Source of the DNA: Steroidobacteraceae bacterium
GTDB taxonomy: Bacteria; Pseudomonadota; Gammaproteobacteria; Steroidobacterales; Steroidobacteraceae
NCBI GenBank assembly: GCA_036008385.1
Contig: DASYNX010000082.1
Location: 15,867-79,866 of the forward strand
Direction: 5' to 3'
DNA: 64,000 nt
Both the position numbers and the translations under genes were made by a program. Positions 50,778 to 60,165 of this stretch are shown here, piece after piece. The notes under the pieces are model-generated. The model had not been told where the DNA came from. It saw nothing but the letters and a program-made list of their open reading frames with translations, and searched no databases. Each line of letters opens with the position of its first letter. Within the stretch, counting starts at the first letter, position 1.

Positions 50778-51311
50778 TCATACCGCGCGAATCAGGATGA
50801 GAGTCGCGTAGATCGCAATGATTGCCCACATGGGCGAGAGGTCAAGGCCCGCGACCGAGGGGATCAGCCGCCGGAAGGGCCGCAGCACCGGCTCACACAG
50901 CGTCGTCAGCACCGACTGCAGCGGCGAGTAGCCGCCCGGGGCGATGAGACTGAGCAGCGCGTACAGGAAGATCGCGTAGAGGTAGGTCCACAGCAGCGTG
51001 CGCGCGATCTCGGTCAGCACCGGGCGGATCCACAGCAATGGCCCGGGTATGCCGATGCCGTGCAGCGCGAACAGGCAGCCGACATCGACGAGCGCCACCA
51101 GCAGCACCGCGATCACCGAGGCGGTGTCGACCTTGCCGATCGGCGGCAGCACGCGCCGCAGCGGCAGGATGAGCGGGTTGGTGATGCGCACGACCGCCTG
51201 GCAGAGCGGGTTGCGGAAGTCGGCGCGCGTCCACTGCAGCAGCAGCCGCGCTATCACCACGAACAGCGCCAGCGACAGCAGCGTCTCGATGATGAAGATG
51301 ATCGGGCTCAT
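50778..51311 (-). CDS. yggT: YggT-family membrane protein
   Basis: 177 aa. Duplicated YggT repeat with LLLQWTRADFRNPLCQAVVRITNPLILPLRRVLP. Confidence 0.9.
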   Translation of the reverse strand: MSPIIFIIETLLSLALFVVIARLLLQWTRADFRNPLCQAVVRITNPLILPLRRVLPPIGKVDTASVIAVLLVALVDVGCLFALHGIGIPGPLLWIRPVLTEIARTLLWTYLYAIFLYALLSLIAPGGYSPLQSVLTTLCEPVLRPFRRLIPSVAGLDLSPMWAIIAIYATLILIRAV

Positions 51312-51329
51312 GCTCTCCCCGGCGTTGGA

Positions 51330-52151
51330 TCAGCTCGCCGCGGCGCTGGCGAGCTCGCGGCTGCGCTGCGTGGCGGCGGCGAGCGCCTGGGCGACCGCAC
51401 TGCCGAGGCCCGCGGCCGCGAGCGCCTGCAGCGCCGCTTCGGTGGTGCCGCCCGGGGAAGTCACCTCGGCGCGCAACTGCGCGAGGTCCGCATCCCCCGA
51501 CTGCACCAGAAGTCCCGACCCGCGAAGGGTGACGGCCGCCAGGCGCTGCGCGGCGGCGCCTTCGAGCCCGAGCTGTCGGCCGGCCTCGGCCATGAGCTCG
51601 GCCAGCAGAAAGAAGTACGCCGGCCCGCTGCCCGAGAGCGCCGTGACGACATCGAGCGCCGCTTCGTCCGGTACCCAGACGACTTCCCCCACGGCGCTCA
51701 GCACCTGCGCGGCATCGGCCCGTTGCACCGCTGCGACGGAGGGCGGTGCATACAGCCCCGTGATACCGGCGCCGATCAGTGCCGGGCGATTCGGCATGGC
51801 GCGCACCAGCGGTACGCCCGGCCCGCAGGCGGACTCGAGGGTGGCGATGCGGACGCCCGCCACTATCGAGATGACCAGCGGTTGAGTCCTCGCAAGCGGG
51901 CCGGCGAGTGCGCCGAGCGCCGCGGCGGCCTCCTGCGGCTTCACCGCCAGCACGACTACGGCTGCCCCGTCGATCGCGGCGCGATTGTCGGCGGTAGCGG
52001 TGACGGCGAATTCCCGCGCCAGTGCCTCGCGGGCCGCCGGCAGGCTCTCCCCGGCGCTCAGCTGCTCGGGCCGCATGCCCGAGCGCAGCAGTCCCCCGAT
52101 GAGCGCGCGGCCCATGTTGCCGGCTCCGAGAATGCAGATGCGCCTGGCCAT
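51330..52151 (-). CDS. proC: pyrroline-5-carboxylate reductase
   Basis: 273 aa. ICILGAGNMGRALIGGL Rossmann motif and VTSPGGTTEAAL. Confidence 0.94.
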   Translation of the reverse strand: MARRICILGAGNMGRALIGGLLRSGMRPEQLSAGESLPAAREALAREFAVTATADNRAAIDGAAVVVLAVKPQEAAAALGALAGPLARTQPLVISIVAGVRIATLESACGPGVPLVRAMPNRPALIGAGITGLYAPPSVAAVQRADAAQVLSAVGEVVWVPDEAALDVVTALSGSGPAYFFLLAELMAEAGRQLGLEGAAAQRLAAVTLRGSGLLVQSGDADLAQLRAEVTSPGGTTEAALQALAAAGLGSAVAQALAAATQRSRELASAAAS

Positions 52152-52192
52152 GGGATGGATTGTACGAAAAGATTCCGCCGGAGCGCGGTGCC

Positions 52193-52891
52193 TCAGGCCG
52201 GGCGCGGACCGAACAGCGCGGTTCCGAGCCGCACGATGGTCGCGCCTTCGAGGATCGCCGCCTCGAAGTCACCGCTCATGCCCATCGACAGCGTGTCGAG
52301 GCGGCCGCCGGAGGCGTTGAGGTCATCACGCAGCGCGCGCAGCTGCGCGAACCAGGCCCGCTGGCGCCCCGGCTCGCTCTCCTCCGGAGGGATACACATC
52401 AGTCCGCGCAGCGTGAGGCGCGGCAGCCGTGCGACCGCGGCCGCCAGCGCCGGCAGCTCGGCGGCCGCAACGCCCCCCTTGCTCAGCTCGCCCGCGACGT
52501 TCACCTGCAGGCACAGGTTGAGCGGCAGTGCCTGCGGCGGGCGTTGGGCGGACAGCCGCTCGGCCACCTTGAGGCGGTCGACGGCGTGCACCCAGTCGAA
52601 GTGCTCCGCGATCAGGCGGGTCTTGTTGGCCTGGACACGGCCGAGGAAGTGCCAGGTGAGGGAGCGTTCCTGCAGCGCCGCAACCTTTTCCAGTGCCTCC
52701 TGCAGGTAACTCTCGCCGAAATCCGTGAGCCCGCAATCGGCGGCCGCGGCGAGCAGCTCCACCGGCTGCGCCTTGCCGACCGCCAGGAGTGTGACCGACT
52801 GCGCATTCCGGCCGGCGGCGGCCGCCGCCCGCGCCACGCGCTCACGCACCGCGCGGACGCGTTCGGCCAAATTCTGCGGACTCATTAACAT
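52193..52891 (-). CDS. yggS: YggS-family pyridoxal-phosphate homeostasis protein
   Basis: 232 aa. TLLAVGKAQP (PLP Lys), WHFLGRVQANK, LSMGMSGDFEAAI. Confidence 0.93.
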   Translation of the reverse strand: MLMSPQNLAERVRAVRERVARAAAAAGRNAQSVTLLAVGKAQPVELLAAAADCGLTDFGESYLQEALEKVAALQERSLTWHFLGRVQANKTRLIAEHFDWVHAVDRLKVAERLSAQRPPQALPLNLCLQVNVAGELSKGGVAAAELPALAAAVARLPRLTLRGLMCIPPEESEPGRQRAWFAQLRALRDDLNASGGRLDTLSMGMSGDFEAAILEGATIVRLGTALFGPRPA

Positions 52892-52986
52892 ATGGGACGG
52901 GTGACCCCTTTATACTGCCAACGCGCTTCGCAAGCAGGCGCGTTGGTGTGCGCCTGCTGCGTGCGTGCTGCGTCCTGGGAGCGTCA

Positions 52987-54027
52987 ATGGCCGTCGATAT
53001 CGCGCAACTGCTGGCATTCGCCGTCAAGAACAACGCCTCGGACCTGCATCTGTCCTCGGGCGTGCCGCCAATGATCCGCGTCGATGGTGACATGAAGCGG
53101 ATCAACATGCCGCCGCTGTCGCACAAGGAAGTGCACTCCATGGTGTACGACATCATGAACGACAAGCAGCGCAAGGCCTATGAGGAGTTCTTCGAGACCG
53201 ACTTCTCCTTCGAGATCCCGAAGCTGGCGCGCTTTCGCGTCAACGCCTTCAATCAGAACCGGGGCGCGGGCGCGGTGTTCCGCAACATCCCGTCGGTCAT
53301 TTCGTCGCTGGAGGACCTGAACGCGCCGAAGATCTTCCGCGACCTGTGCATGCTGCCGCGCGGACTGGTGCTGGTCACCGGGCCTACCGGCTCCGGCAAG
53401 TCGACCACCCTCGCCGGCATGGTGAATCACTGCAACGACAATCGCCCCGACCACATCATCACCATCGAGGATCCGATCGAGTTCGTGCACGAGTCCAAGC
53501 GCTGCCTGGTCAACCAGCGCGAGGTGCACCGCGACACGCTCGGCTTCAGCGAGGCGCTGCGCTCGGCGCTGCGCGAGGATCCCGACGTCATCCTGGTCGG
53601 TGAAATGCGCGACCTGGAGACCATCCGCCTGGCGCTCACCGCCGCCGAGACCGGCCACCTGGTGTTCGGCACGCTGCACACCTCGTCCGCCGCCAAGACC
53701 ATCGACCGCATCGTCGACGTCTTCCCCGGCGAGGAGAAGGACATGGTGCGCTCGATGCTGTCGGAGTCGCTGCGCGCGGTGATCTCGCAGACCCTCATGA
53801 AGAAAAACGGCGGCGGCCGCATCGCGGCGCACGAGATCATGATCGGCACGCCGGCGATCCGTAACCTCATCCGCGAGGGCAAGATCGCGCAGATGTACTC
53901 CTCCATCCAGACCGGCGGCGCCCAGGGTATGCAGACCCTCGACCAGTGCCTCACCGAGCTGGTTGCCAAGGGCCAGGTCAGCAGGGAAGAGGCGCGCTAC
54001 AAGGCGCAGAACAAGGACGCGGTGTAA
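52987..54027 (+). CDS. pilT: type IV pilus retraction ATPase PilT
   Basis: MAVDIAQLLAFAVKNNASDLHLSSG... Walker A is GPTGSGKST. AHEIMIGTPAIRNLIREGK is the PilT signature. Start at 52987 within ORF 52948..54027. Confidence 0.95.
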   Translation: MAVDIAQLLAFAVKNNASDLHLSSGVPPMIRVDGDMKRINMPPLSHKEVHSMVYDIMNDKQRKAYEEFFETDFSFEIPKLARFRVNAFNQNRGAGAVFRNIPSVISSLEDLNAPKIFRDLCMLPRGLVLVTGPTGSGKSTTLAGMVNHCNDNRPDHIITIEDPIEFVHESKRCLVNQREVHRDTLGFSEALRSALREDPDVILVGEMRDLETIRLALTAAETGHLVFGTLHTSSAAKTIDRIVDVFPGEEKDMVRSMLSESLRAVISQTLMKKNGGGRIAAHEIMIGTPAIRNLIREGKIAQMYSSIQTGGAQGMQTLDQCLTELVAKGQVSREEARYKAQNKDAV

Positions 54028-54044
54028 GCAGGGGGCGAGAGCAC

Positions 54045-55199
54045 ATGGATCGCGACCAAGCCATCAAGCTGATGCAGGACCTGCTGCGGCGGGTGACCGA
54101 GAAGAAGGCCTCCGACCTGTTCGTCACCGCCGGCTTCCCGCCGGCGATCAAGATCGACGGCGAGATCCGCCCGCAGAGCGAGCGCGCCCTCACCAGCGAG
54201 CAGTCGGCGATCCTGGTACGTGCCATCATGAACGACCGGCAGACCAAGGAATTCGACGCCACCAAGGAATGCAACTTCGCCATCGCCCCGCAGGGCATCG
54301 GGCGCTTCCGCGTGAGCGCCTTCGTGCAGCAGGGCGCCATCGGCTGCGTCATCCGCCTGATCAACGCCAAGATCCCGACGTTCGAGGAGCTGGAGCTGCC
54401 GCCGGTCCTCAAGGAGGTCGTGCTGTCCAAGCGCGGGCTGGTGATCATCGTCGGCGGCACCGGCTCGGGTAAGTCCACCACGCTCGCGGCGATGGTCGGC
54501 TACCGCAACGAGAAGACCCGCGGCCACATCGTCACCATCGAGGATCCGGTCGAGTACGTGCACACCCACAAGGGCTGCGTGATCACGCATCGCGAGGTGG
54601 GCGTGGACACCGAATCCTGGGGCAATGCGCTCAAGAACACGCTGCGCCAGGCGCCCGACGTGATCCTCATCGGCGAGATCCGTGACCGCGACACCATGGA
54701 GTATGGCATCCAGTTCTCGGAGACCGGGCACCTGGTGCTCGCGACGCTGCACGCCAACAGCGCCAACCAGGCGCTCGACCGTATCGTCAACTTCTTTCCC
54801 GATGAGCGCCGCGACCAGCTGCTGATGGACCTGTCGCTCAACATCCGCGCCATGGTGTCGCAGCGCCTCGTCCCGCGCGAGGCGGGCGTCGGGCGCATCG
54901 CGGCGATGGAGATCATGCTCAGCTCGCCGCTCATCGCGGATTTGATCTTCAAGGGCGACGTGGCCAAGATCAAGGAAGTGATGTCGCGCTCGACCCGCCT
55001 CGGCATGAAGACCTTCGACCAGGCGCTGTTCGAGCTGTACGAGACCGGCTTCATCTCTTACGAGGATGCGCTGCGCAATGCCGACTCGAAGAACGAGCTG
55101 CGCCTGCGCATCAAGCTCGACAGCAAACGCGAGCAGAAGCACGTCGACGATGGCGGTGCGCTGAAGATCGTCGAGGAAGAGCAGGGCCGTAGCCTGTGA
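54045..55199 (+). CDS. pilU: type IV pilus ATPase PilU
   Basis: MDRDQAIKLMQDLLRRVTEKKASDLFVTAGFPP... Walker A is GGTGSGKST. AMEIMLSSPLIADLIFKGD is the PilU-type helix. Start at 54045 within ORF 53946..55199. Confidence 0.92.
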   Translation: MDRDQAIKLMQDLLRRVTEKKASDLFVTAGFPPAIKIDGEIRPQSERALTSEQSAILVRAIMNDRQTKEFDATKECNFAIAPQGIGRFRVSAFVQQGAIGCVIRLINAKIPTFEELELPPVLKEVVLSKRGLVIIVGGTGSGKSTTLAAMVGYRNEKTRGHIVTIEDPVEYVHTHKGCVITHREVGVDTESWGNALKNTLRQAPDVILIGEIRDRDTMEYGIQFSETGHLVLATLHANSANQALDRIVNFFPDERRDQLLMDLSLNIRAMVSQRLVPREAGVGRIAAMEIMLSSPLIADLIFKGDVAKIKEVMSRSTRLGMKTFDQALFELYETGFISYEDALRNADSKNELRLRIKLDSKREQKHVDDGGALKIVEEEQGRSL

Positions 55200-56359
55200 C
55201 AGCAGCGAGGGATGTGAAGACACGCGAGGACCTCGAAACGACCGGGCGCACTCCGGCGTTGACGGACGCGCTGACCGCGGCCGTTACCTCCCGCCACCCG
55301 ACGCTCAACACCAAGCCGCTGTTCAAGCTGATGGTGGAGAAGAAGGCCTCGGACCTGTTCTTCACCTCCAACGCCCCCATCAAGATCAAGATCGAGGGCC
55401 AGATCCTGCCGGTGAACAAGCAGGTGCTGACGCCGGAGACGGTGCGCCAGACGGCCTTCGCGCTCATGACGTCCGAGCAGCGCGAGCACTTCCAGCGCGA
55501 GTGGGAGCTCGACTTCGCGGTCTCCGAGCCCGGACTCGGGCGCTTCCGCGTCAACGTGTTCATGCAGCGCGGCTTCCCGGCGATGGTGATGCGCTACATC
55601 ACCGCCGACATGCCGCGGCTCGATTCGCTGGGACTCCCGGAGGTGGTCGGCGAGCTGACGCTCATGAAGCGCGGCCTGCTCCTCATGGTCGGGGCCACCG
55701 GCTCGGGCAAGTCCACCACGCTCGCGGCGATGATCAACTATCGCAACGAGAACGTCTCCGACCACATCGTCACCATCGAGGACCCGATCGAGTTCCTGCA
55801 TACCAACAAGCGCTCGCTCGTCAACCAGCGCGAGGTGGGGCTGGACACCAAGAGCTACTCACGCGCGCTGCGCGGGGTGGTGCGCGCCGCGCCGGACGTC
55901 ATCCTGATCGGCGAGATCCGTGACAAGGAGGGCATGGAGGCCGCCATCAATCTCGCCGGCACCGGCCACCTGGTCCTTGCCACGCTGCACGCCAACAATT
56001 GCGCCGAGTCGCTCGACCGCATCATCAACATGTTCCCGCGCGAGCAGCACAACCAGATCTTCCTCGACCTGTCGCAGTACCTGCGCGCCATCATGGCGCA
56101 GCGCCTGGTGATGGGTAAGGACAACCGCCGCGTCGCCGCAGTGGAGGTCATGATCAACACCCCGCACATCGCCACCCTCATCAAGAAGGGCGACGTGGTG
56201 TCGATCAAGGAAGCGATCAATGCCTCGAGCGACATGAGTATCCAGAGCTTCGATGCGTCGCTGTTCAGCCTGTACCGGGCGGGCCGCGTCGCGCTCGAGG
56301 AAGCGCTCGCCAACGCCGACTCGCGCGCCAACCTCGAGGCCAAGATCAACTTCGGCTAG
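55196..56359 (+). CDS. third PilT/PilU-family hexameric ATPase (PilU-like paralogue)
   Basis: 387 aa. MVEKKASDLFFTSNAPIKIKIEG, Walker A GATGSGKST, AVEVMINTPHIATLIKKGD. GTGA overlap with pilU. The true start may be internal, because the N-terminal ~45 aa lie outside the conserved core. Confidence 0.88.
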   Translation: MTAARDVKTREDLETTGRTPALTDALTAAVTSRHPTLNTKPLFKLMVEKKASDLFFTSNAPIKIKIEGQILPVNKQVLTPETVRQTAFALMTSEQREHFQREWELDFAVSEPGLGRFRVNVFMQRGFPAMVMRYITADMPRLDSLGLPEVVGELTLMKRGLLLMVGATGSGKSTTLAAMINYRNENVSDHIVTIEDPIEFLHTNKRSLVNQREVGLDTKSYSRALRGVVRAAPDVILIGEIRDKEGMEAAINLAGTGHLVLATLHANNCAESLDRIINMFPREQHNQIFLDLSQYLRAIMAQRLVMGKDNRRVAAVEVMINTPHIATLIKKGDVVSIKEAINASSDMSIQSFDASLFSLYRAGRVALEEALANADSRANLEAKINFG

Positions 56360-56435
56360 GTATTGCGGGTGTTACGGGCGCTGGCAGCCGGCCGAGCAGC
56401 GCCGGTCCGCGCCCCGACGCGCCGCGGCGTCGCCG

Positions 56436-57191
56436 TCATGGCGTCCGTGGTCCGGCGGCCGGCGCGACGTTCCACTGGTCGATGAGTTTCCAGATTCCGG
56501 CGTCGATGTCGTGCCAGCGTGGCAGGTTGCTGACGTGGGTGCGCCAGGCGATGCGCACGCCGCCATAGCGTGTGGTGAAGTATCTCGCCTGCAGCACCGG
56601 GAAGACGCCGGGGGCGTACGGCGGCACGGCGACGTACAGCAGGATGTCTTCGCGGTTCGCGGTGTCGCGCCGGCCGTAGCAGGCGATCCGGTCCGTGAGG
56701 ATGCGGCCCTGGTAGCACCTCAGCCCGTACATGTCCTTGTGGTCGTTGGGGTTGAGGAGATCCTCGAGCGCGCGCTTCAGCATGTTGGGTGGATATTCGC
56801 CCGGCGCACCCGGCTCGGCTTCGTGCGGGTCACCCGCGTGCAGGTAGACGACCTCGACCTTGTTCGGGTCGAACTCGTTCTGGTAGTTCTCGAGCGTATA
56901 GCCGGTGAAGTCCGGCAGAAAGAAATCGAACTGCACCTCCGCGCGGTCCGACTGCGCGAACATCAGCGCGTGGCTGGCCTCGCCGTGGTGGATCGCCGAC
57001 AGCTCGTATTGCAGGGGAATCGCGAGGATCAGCTGATCGGTGACCTTCAGGGGGGCCGAGCGGCCCTGCGGCCACTCGCGCGGAGCCTGCGCAGACTCAG
57101 CGCCCGGCGTGCGGGGTGTGGACCCGCGCTTGCCGCAGCCGGCCGCAGCGACGGCACAGAGGCACAGCACGGCGGTGAGTGACAGTTTCAT
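56436..57191 (-). CDS. lipoprotein, function unknown
   Basis: MKLSLTAVLCLCAVAAAGC lipobox at an internal Met of ORF 56436..57545. The globular 230-aa mature part belongs to no family I recognise. Last gene of the pyrB operon. Confidence 0.6.
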   Translation of the reverse strand: MKLSLTAVLCLCAVAAAGCGKRGSTPRTPGAESAQAPREWPQGRSAPLKVTDQLILAIPLQYELSAIHHGEASHALMFAQSDRAEVQFDFFLPDFTGYTLENYQNEFDPNKVEVVYLHAGDPHEAEPGAPGEYPPNMLKRALEDLLNPNDHKDMYGLRCYQGRILTDRIACYGRRDTANREDILLYVAVPPYAPGVFPVLQARYFTTRYGGVRIAWRTHVSNLPRWHDIDAGIWKLIDQWNVAPAAGPRTP

Positions 57192-57208
57192 CCCACGCCG
57201 CCGGCTTC

Positions 57209-58084
57209 TCAGAACACCGCATGGGCATCGAACACCGGCCCGTCCACGCACACCCGCTTCATCGCCGGCCCCGCGGGCGTGCGCACCTGCACCGTGCAGC
57301 CGGCGCAGCCACCGACCGCGCAGGCCATGAACTCCTCGAGCGACACCTGGCAGGGCAGTCGGTAGCGGCGCGCGAGCTGTGCGCTCGCTTCCAGCATCGG
57401 CGTCGGGCCGCAGCAGAAGATCTCGACCTCGCCGAGCTCGGCGGCCCGCAGCGAAGCGAGCCACGCCTCGGCAAGCTCGGTGACGAACCCGGAAAAACAA
57501 CCCGGAAAGTCCGCGCGACTCGCCAGGCGGCTCGGCACTCCCCATTCCTCGAGCAGCGGCATGCAGGCGATGCTGCCCGCAGGGATGCCGGGCACGATGA
57601 GGGTCGAAGGACGGGTGCGAAACGGAAACGGCACTTCCGATCCCATGAGCACCAGCGGCTTCCAGGCGGCGCCGGGCTGGGTGCGCAGGCGCTCGGCGAG
57701 GAACACCATCGGCGGAATGCCGACGCCGCCGCCCAGCAGCAGCGCGCGCGGCCGCTCGGCATGCGCGCTGAAGGGCCGCCCGATCGGACCCAGCACGCTC
57801 ACCTCATCGGCCGCGCGGCGGGCGCCGAGGGCCTGCAGCCCCGGCCCCACCACCTTGTAGAGCAGCTCGATCCAGCCCGCGCGCGCGTCGGCACGCATGA
57901 TCGACAGCGGCCGGCGCATCGGGATCGAGGCATCGCAGCTGACGTGCACGAAGCTGCCGGGCTCGGCGCGGGCGGCGCACCGGGGCGCCGCCAGGCGCAG
58001 CACGAACTGCTGCGCGTCGTAGGCCAGCTGCGAGATGACGCGCGCCGTCTCCAGGAAGATCGTGCCGCGGGTGAGGCTGGTCAT
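57209..58084 (-). CDS. PyrK-like FAD/[2Fe-2S] ferredoxin-reductase-type protein (dihydroorotate dehydrogenase electron-transfer-subunit family)
   Basis: 291 aa. RPLSIM (FAD site), LLLGGGVGIPPM (NAD-like site), C-terminal MACAVGGCAGC...VCVDGPVF Cys cluster. ATGA overlap with the pyrB stop. Confidence 0.75.
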   Translation of the reverse strand: MTSLTRGTIFLETARVISQLAYDAQQFVLRLAAPRCAARAEPGSFVHVSCDASIPMRRPLSIMRADARAGWIELLYKVVGPGLQALGARRAADEVSVLGPIGRPFSAHAERPRALLLGGGVGIPPMVFLAERLRTQPGAAWKPLVLMGSEVPFPFRTRPSTLIVPGIPAGSIACMPLLEEWGVPSRLASRADFPGCFSGFVTELAEAWLASLRAAELGEVEIFCCGPTPMLEASAQLARRYRLPCQVSLEEFMACAVGGCAGCTVQVRTPAGPAMKRVCVDGPVFDAHAVF

Positions 58085-59046
58085 GACCGACCGCCGCGCG
58101 TGGTCAGCACCTCCTCGAGCACCGCCATGCGCACGGCGACGCCGTTGCGCACCTGGTCGCGGATGACCGACTGCGGCCCGTCGGCGACGTCGGAGGCGAT
58201 CTCGATGCCGCGGTTCATGGGCTGCGGGTGCATGACGATGGCATCGGGCCGCGCCAGCGCCAGGCGCTCGCGGGTGAGGCCCCAGGCCGCGAAGTAGCGC
58301 TCGCCGTCGGGCAGCTCCGCCTCGGTCATGCGCTCCTTCTGGATGCGCAGCATCATGATGACGTCGGCGTCGCGCAGCGCATCCGCAAGGCGGGTGTGGC
58401 GCTCGCAGCCGGGGAACTCGCCCGCTTCCGGCATGAGAGCGGGCGGAGCGGCGAGCGCGAAGCGGCCGACGCCGAGCGTGCGCAGTGCGTGCCAGGCCGA
58501 GCGCGCGACGCGCGAGTGGCGCAGGTCGCCCACGATCGCGACGGCGAGCCCGGCGAAGCGCTGCTTGCGCTGATAGACGGTGAGCGCGTCCAGCAGGCCC
58601 TGCGTCGGGTGCGACACGTGCGCCTCGCCGGCCGACAGCACGCTCACGTGGGGCGCCACGTGTGCGGCCACCAGCCCGGGGACGCCGGCTTCCGCGTCGC
58701 GGATGACGAAGGCATCCACGTACAGCGACTCGAGGGTGTAGACGGTATCGAGCATGCTCTCGCCCTTGACGCGCGAGGACAGCTGCACCTCGAGGTTCAC
58801 GACCTGGGCGCCGAGGCGCCTGGCGGCGAGCTCGAAGCTGACGCGCGTGCGCGTCGAGGGCTCGGTGAACAGGTTCGCCACCGTCGCGCCGGCGAGCGTC
58901 TGGCTGAGCGGCGGCTTGGCCCCGAGCGGCCGTACGAAGGTCTGCGAGCGTTCGAGCAGGCGCTCGAGCTGCGCGCGCGCAAGCGTCTCGAGGGTGAGCA
59001 GATGGCGCAGTGTGCCGTCGGGGCGCAGCTGTTCGGTCATGTTCAT
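58081..59046 (-). CDS. pyrB: aspartate carbamoyltransferase catalytic subunit
   Basis: 321 aa. EPSTRTRVSFE, SHPTQGLLD and MHPQPMNRG motifs. Confidence 0.95.
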   Translation of the reverse strand: MNMTEQLRPDGTLRHLLTLETLARAQLERLLERSQTFVRPLGAKPPLSQTLAGATVANLFTEPSTRTRVSFELAARRLGAQVVNLEVQLSSRVKGESMLDTVYTLESLYVDAFVIRDAEAGVPGLVAAHVAPHVSVLSAGEAHVSHPTQGLLDALTVYQRKQRFAGLAVAIVGDLRHSRVARSAWHALRTLGVGRFALAAPPALMPEAGEFPGCERHTRLADALRDADVIMMLRIQKERMTEAELPDGERYFAAWGLTRERLALARPDAIVMHPQPMNRGIEIASDVADGPQSVIRDQVRNGVAVRMAVLEEVLTTRGGRS

Positions 59047-59480
59047 TTCCCCTCGCCCTGCAGGAAGCGCCCGAGGATCACGGCCGCAGCCGCGCTGTCG
59101 ACGTCGGCGCGCTGCACGCGCCGGCGGCGCTGCCCGCTGGCGCGCTGCGCCTTCAGCGCGGCGCTCGCCTCGAGCGACGAGAAACGCTCATCGACCAGGT
59201 GAACCGGCAGGCCGAAGCGGCGCTCGAGCTCGGCGGCGAAGCGCCGCACCGCCGCCTGCAGCGTCGCCTCACTCCCGTCGGCATTGTACGGCGCCCCGAC
59301 CACCAGCAGGCCGGGCGCGAGCGCGCGCACCTCGCGCGCGATCGCCTCCCAGTCGGGTCCGGTGCGGGAGACCGAGGCTGTGCCACGCGGCGTGGCGCTG
59401 CGCGTGAGCGTATCGCCGGAGGCGATGCCAATACGTTTGAGTCCGAAATCGAAGGCGAGGACTACTTTCGCCCGCGTCAT
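59043..59480 (-). CDS. ruvX: Holliday-junction-resolvase-like nuclease RuvX (YqgF)
   Basis: 145 aa. VLAFDFGLKRIGIASGD...VDERFSS. Overlaps the pyrB start by 4 nt. Confidence 0.92.
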   Translation of the reverse strand: MTRAKVVLAFDFGLKRIGIASGDTLTRSATPRGTASVSRTGPDWEAIAREVRALAPGLLVVGAPYNADGSEATLQAAVRRFAAELERRFGLPVHLVDERFSSLEASAALKAQRASGQRRRRVQRADVDSAAAAVILGRFLQGEGK

Positions 59481-59498
59481 GCCCTTGCGGCGCGCCGC

Positions 59499-60134
59499 TC
59501 AGGCATGCCCGGCTTCGGTGCTGAGGCGATCGACGTCGATGCCCAGCAACCGCCACGCTCCCGCCCAGCGCTCCTCGAACGGCAGCTCGAAGACCACGCG
59601 CGGATCGACCGGCATGCATGCCCAGGCGTTGTCCTTCATCTCGCGCTCGAGTTGCCCGGACTCCCATCCGGCGTAGCCGAGCGCGATGAAGGCATCCGAG
59701 GGGCCCTCGCCGCGCGCCATTGCGGCGAGCACGTCGCGCGAGGTCGTCACCTGGATGGTCTCCGAGACCTTGTGGGTGTGATCCCACTGCCCGCCCGGGC
59801 GGTGCAGGACGAAGCCGCGGTCGGTGTGCACCGGGCCGCCGCGCAGCACCGGCTGCGCGGCGATGTGCTCGGTGGAGGGCTCGAGCTTCATCTGCGACAG
59901 CACGTCCGAGAGCTTCATCGGCAGGGGCTTGTTGAGCACGATGCCGAGCGCTCCCTTGTCGGTGTGCTCGCAGATGATGGCCACGGTCTGCGCGAAGTTC
60001 GGGTCGGTGAGCTGCGGCATGGCGATCAGCAGGTGGTTGGTGAGGCTGCCGCCCTCGGCGTCACCGAATATCGGGCCGCCGTTCGTCTCGCCCGGGACGT
60101 CCTTGCCGCTCACGGAGCTGTGCTTGCCGCCCAT
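59499..60134 (-). CDS. YqgE/AlgH-family protein
   Basis: LTNHLLIAMPQLTDPNFAQTVAIICEHTDKGALGIVLNKPL matches E. coli YqgE. Start uncertain: Met at 60134 within ORF 59499..60230, with no clear RBS. Confidence 0.85.
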   Translation of the reverse strand: MGGKHSSVSGKDVPGETNGGPIFGDAEGGSLTNHLLIAMPQLTDPNFAQTVAIICEHTDKGALGIVLNKPLPMKLSDVLSQMKLEPSTEHIAAQPVLRGGPVHTDRGFVLHRPGGQWDHTHKVSETIQVTTSRDVLAAMARGEGPSDAFIALGYAGWESGQLEREMKDNAWACMPVDPRVVFELPFEERWAGAWRLLGIDVDRLSTEAGHA

Positions 60135-60165
60135 GTAAGGAGTATGGGCATGGCGGCGGCCAGTC

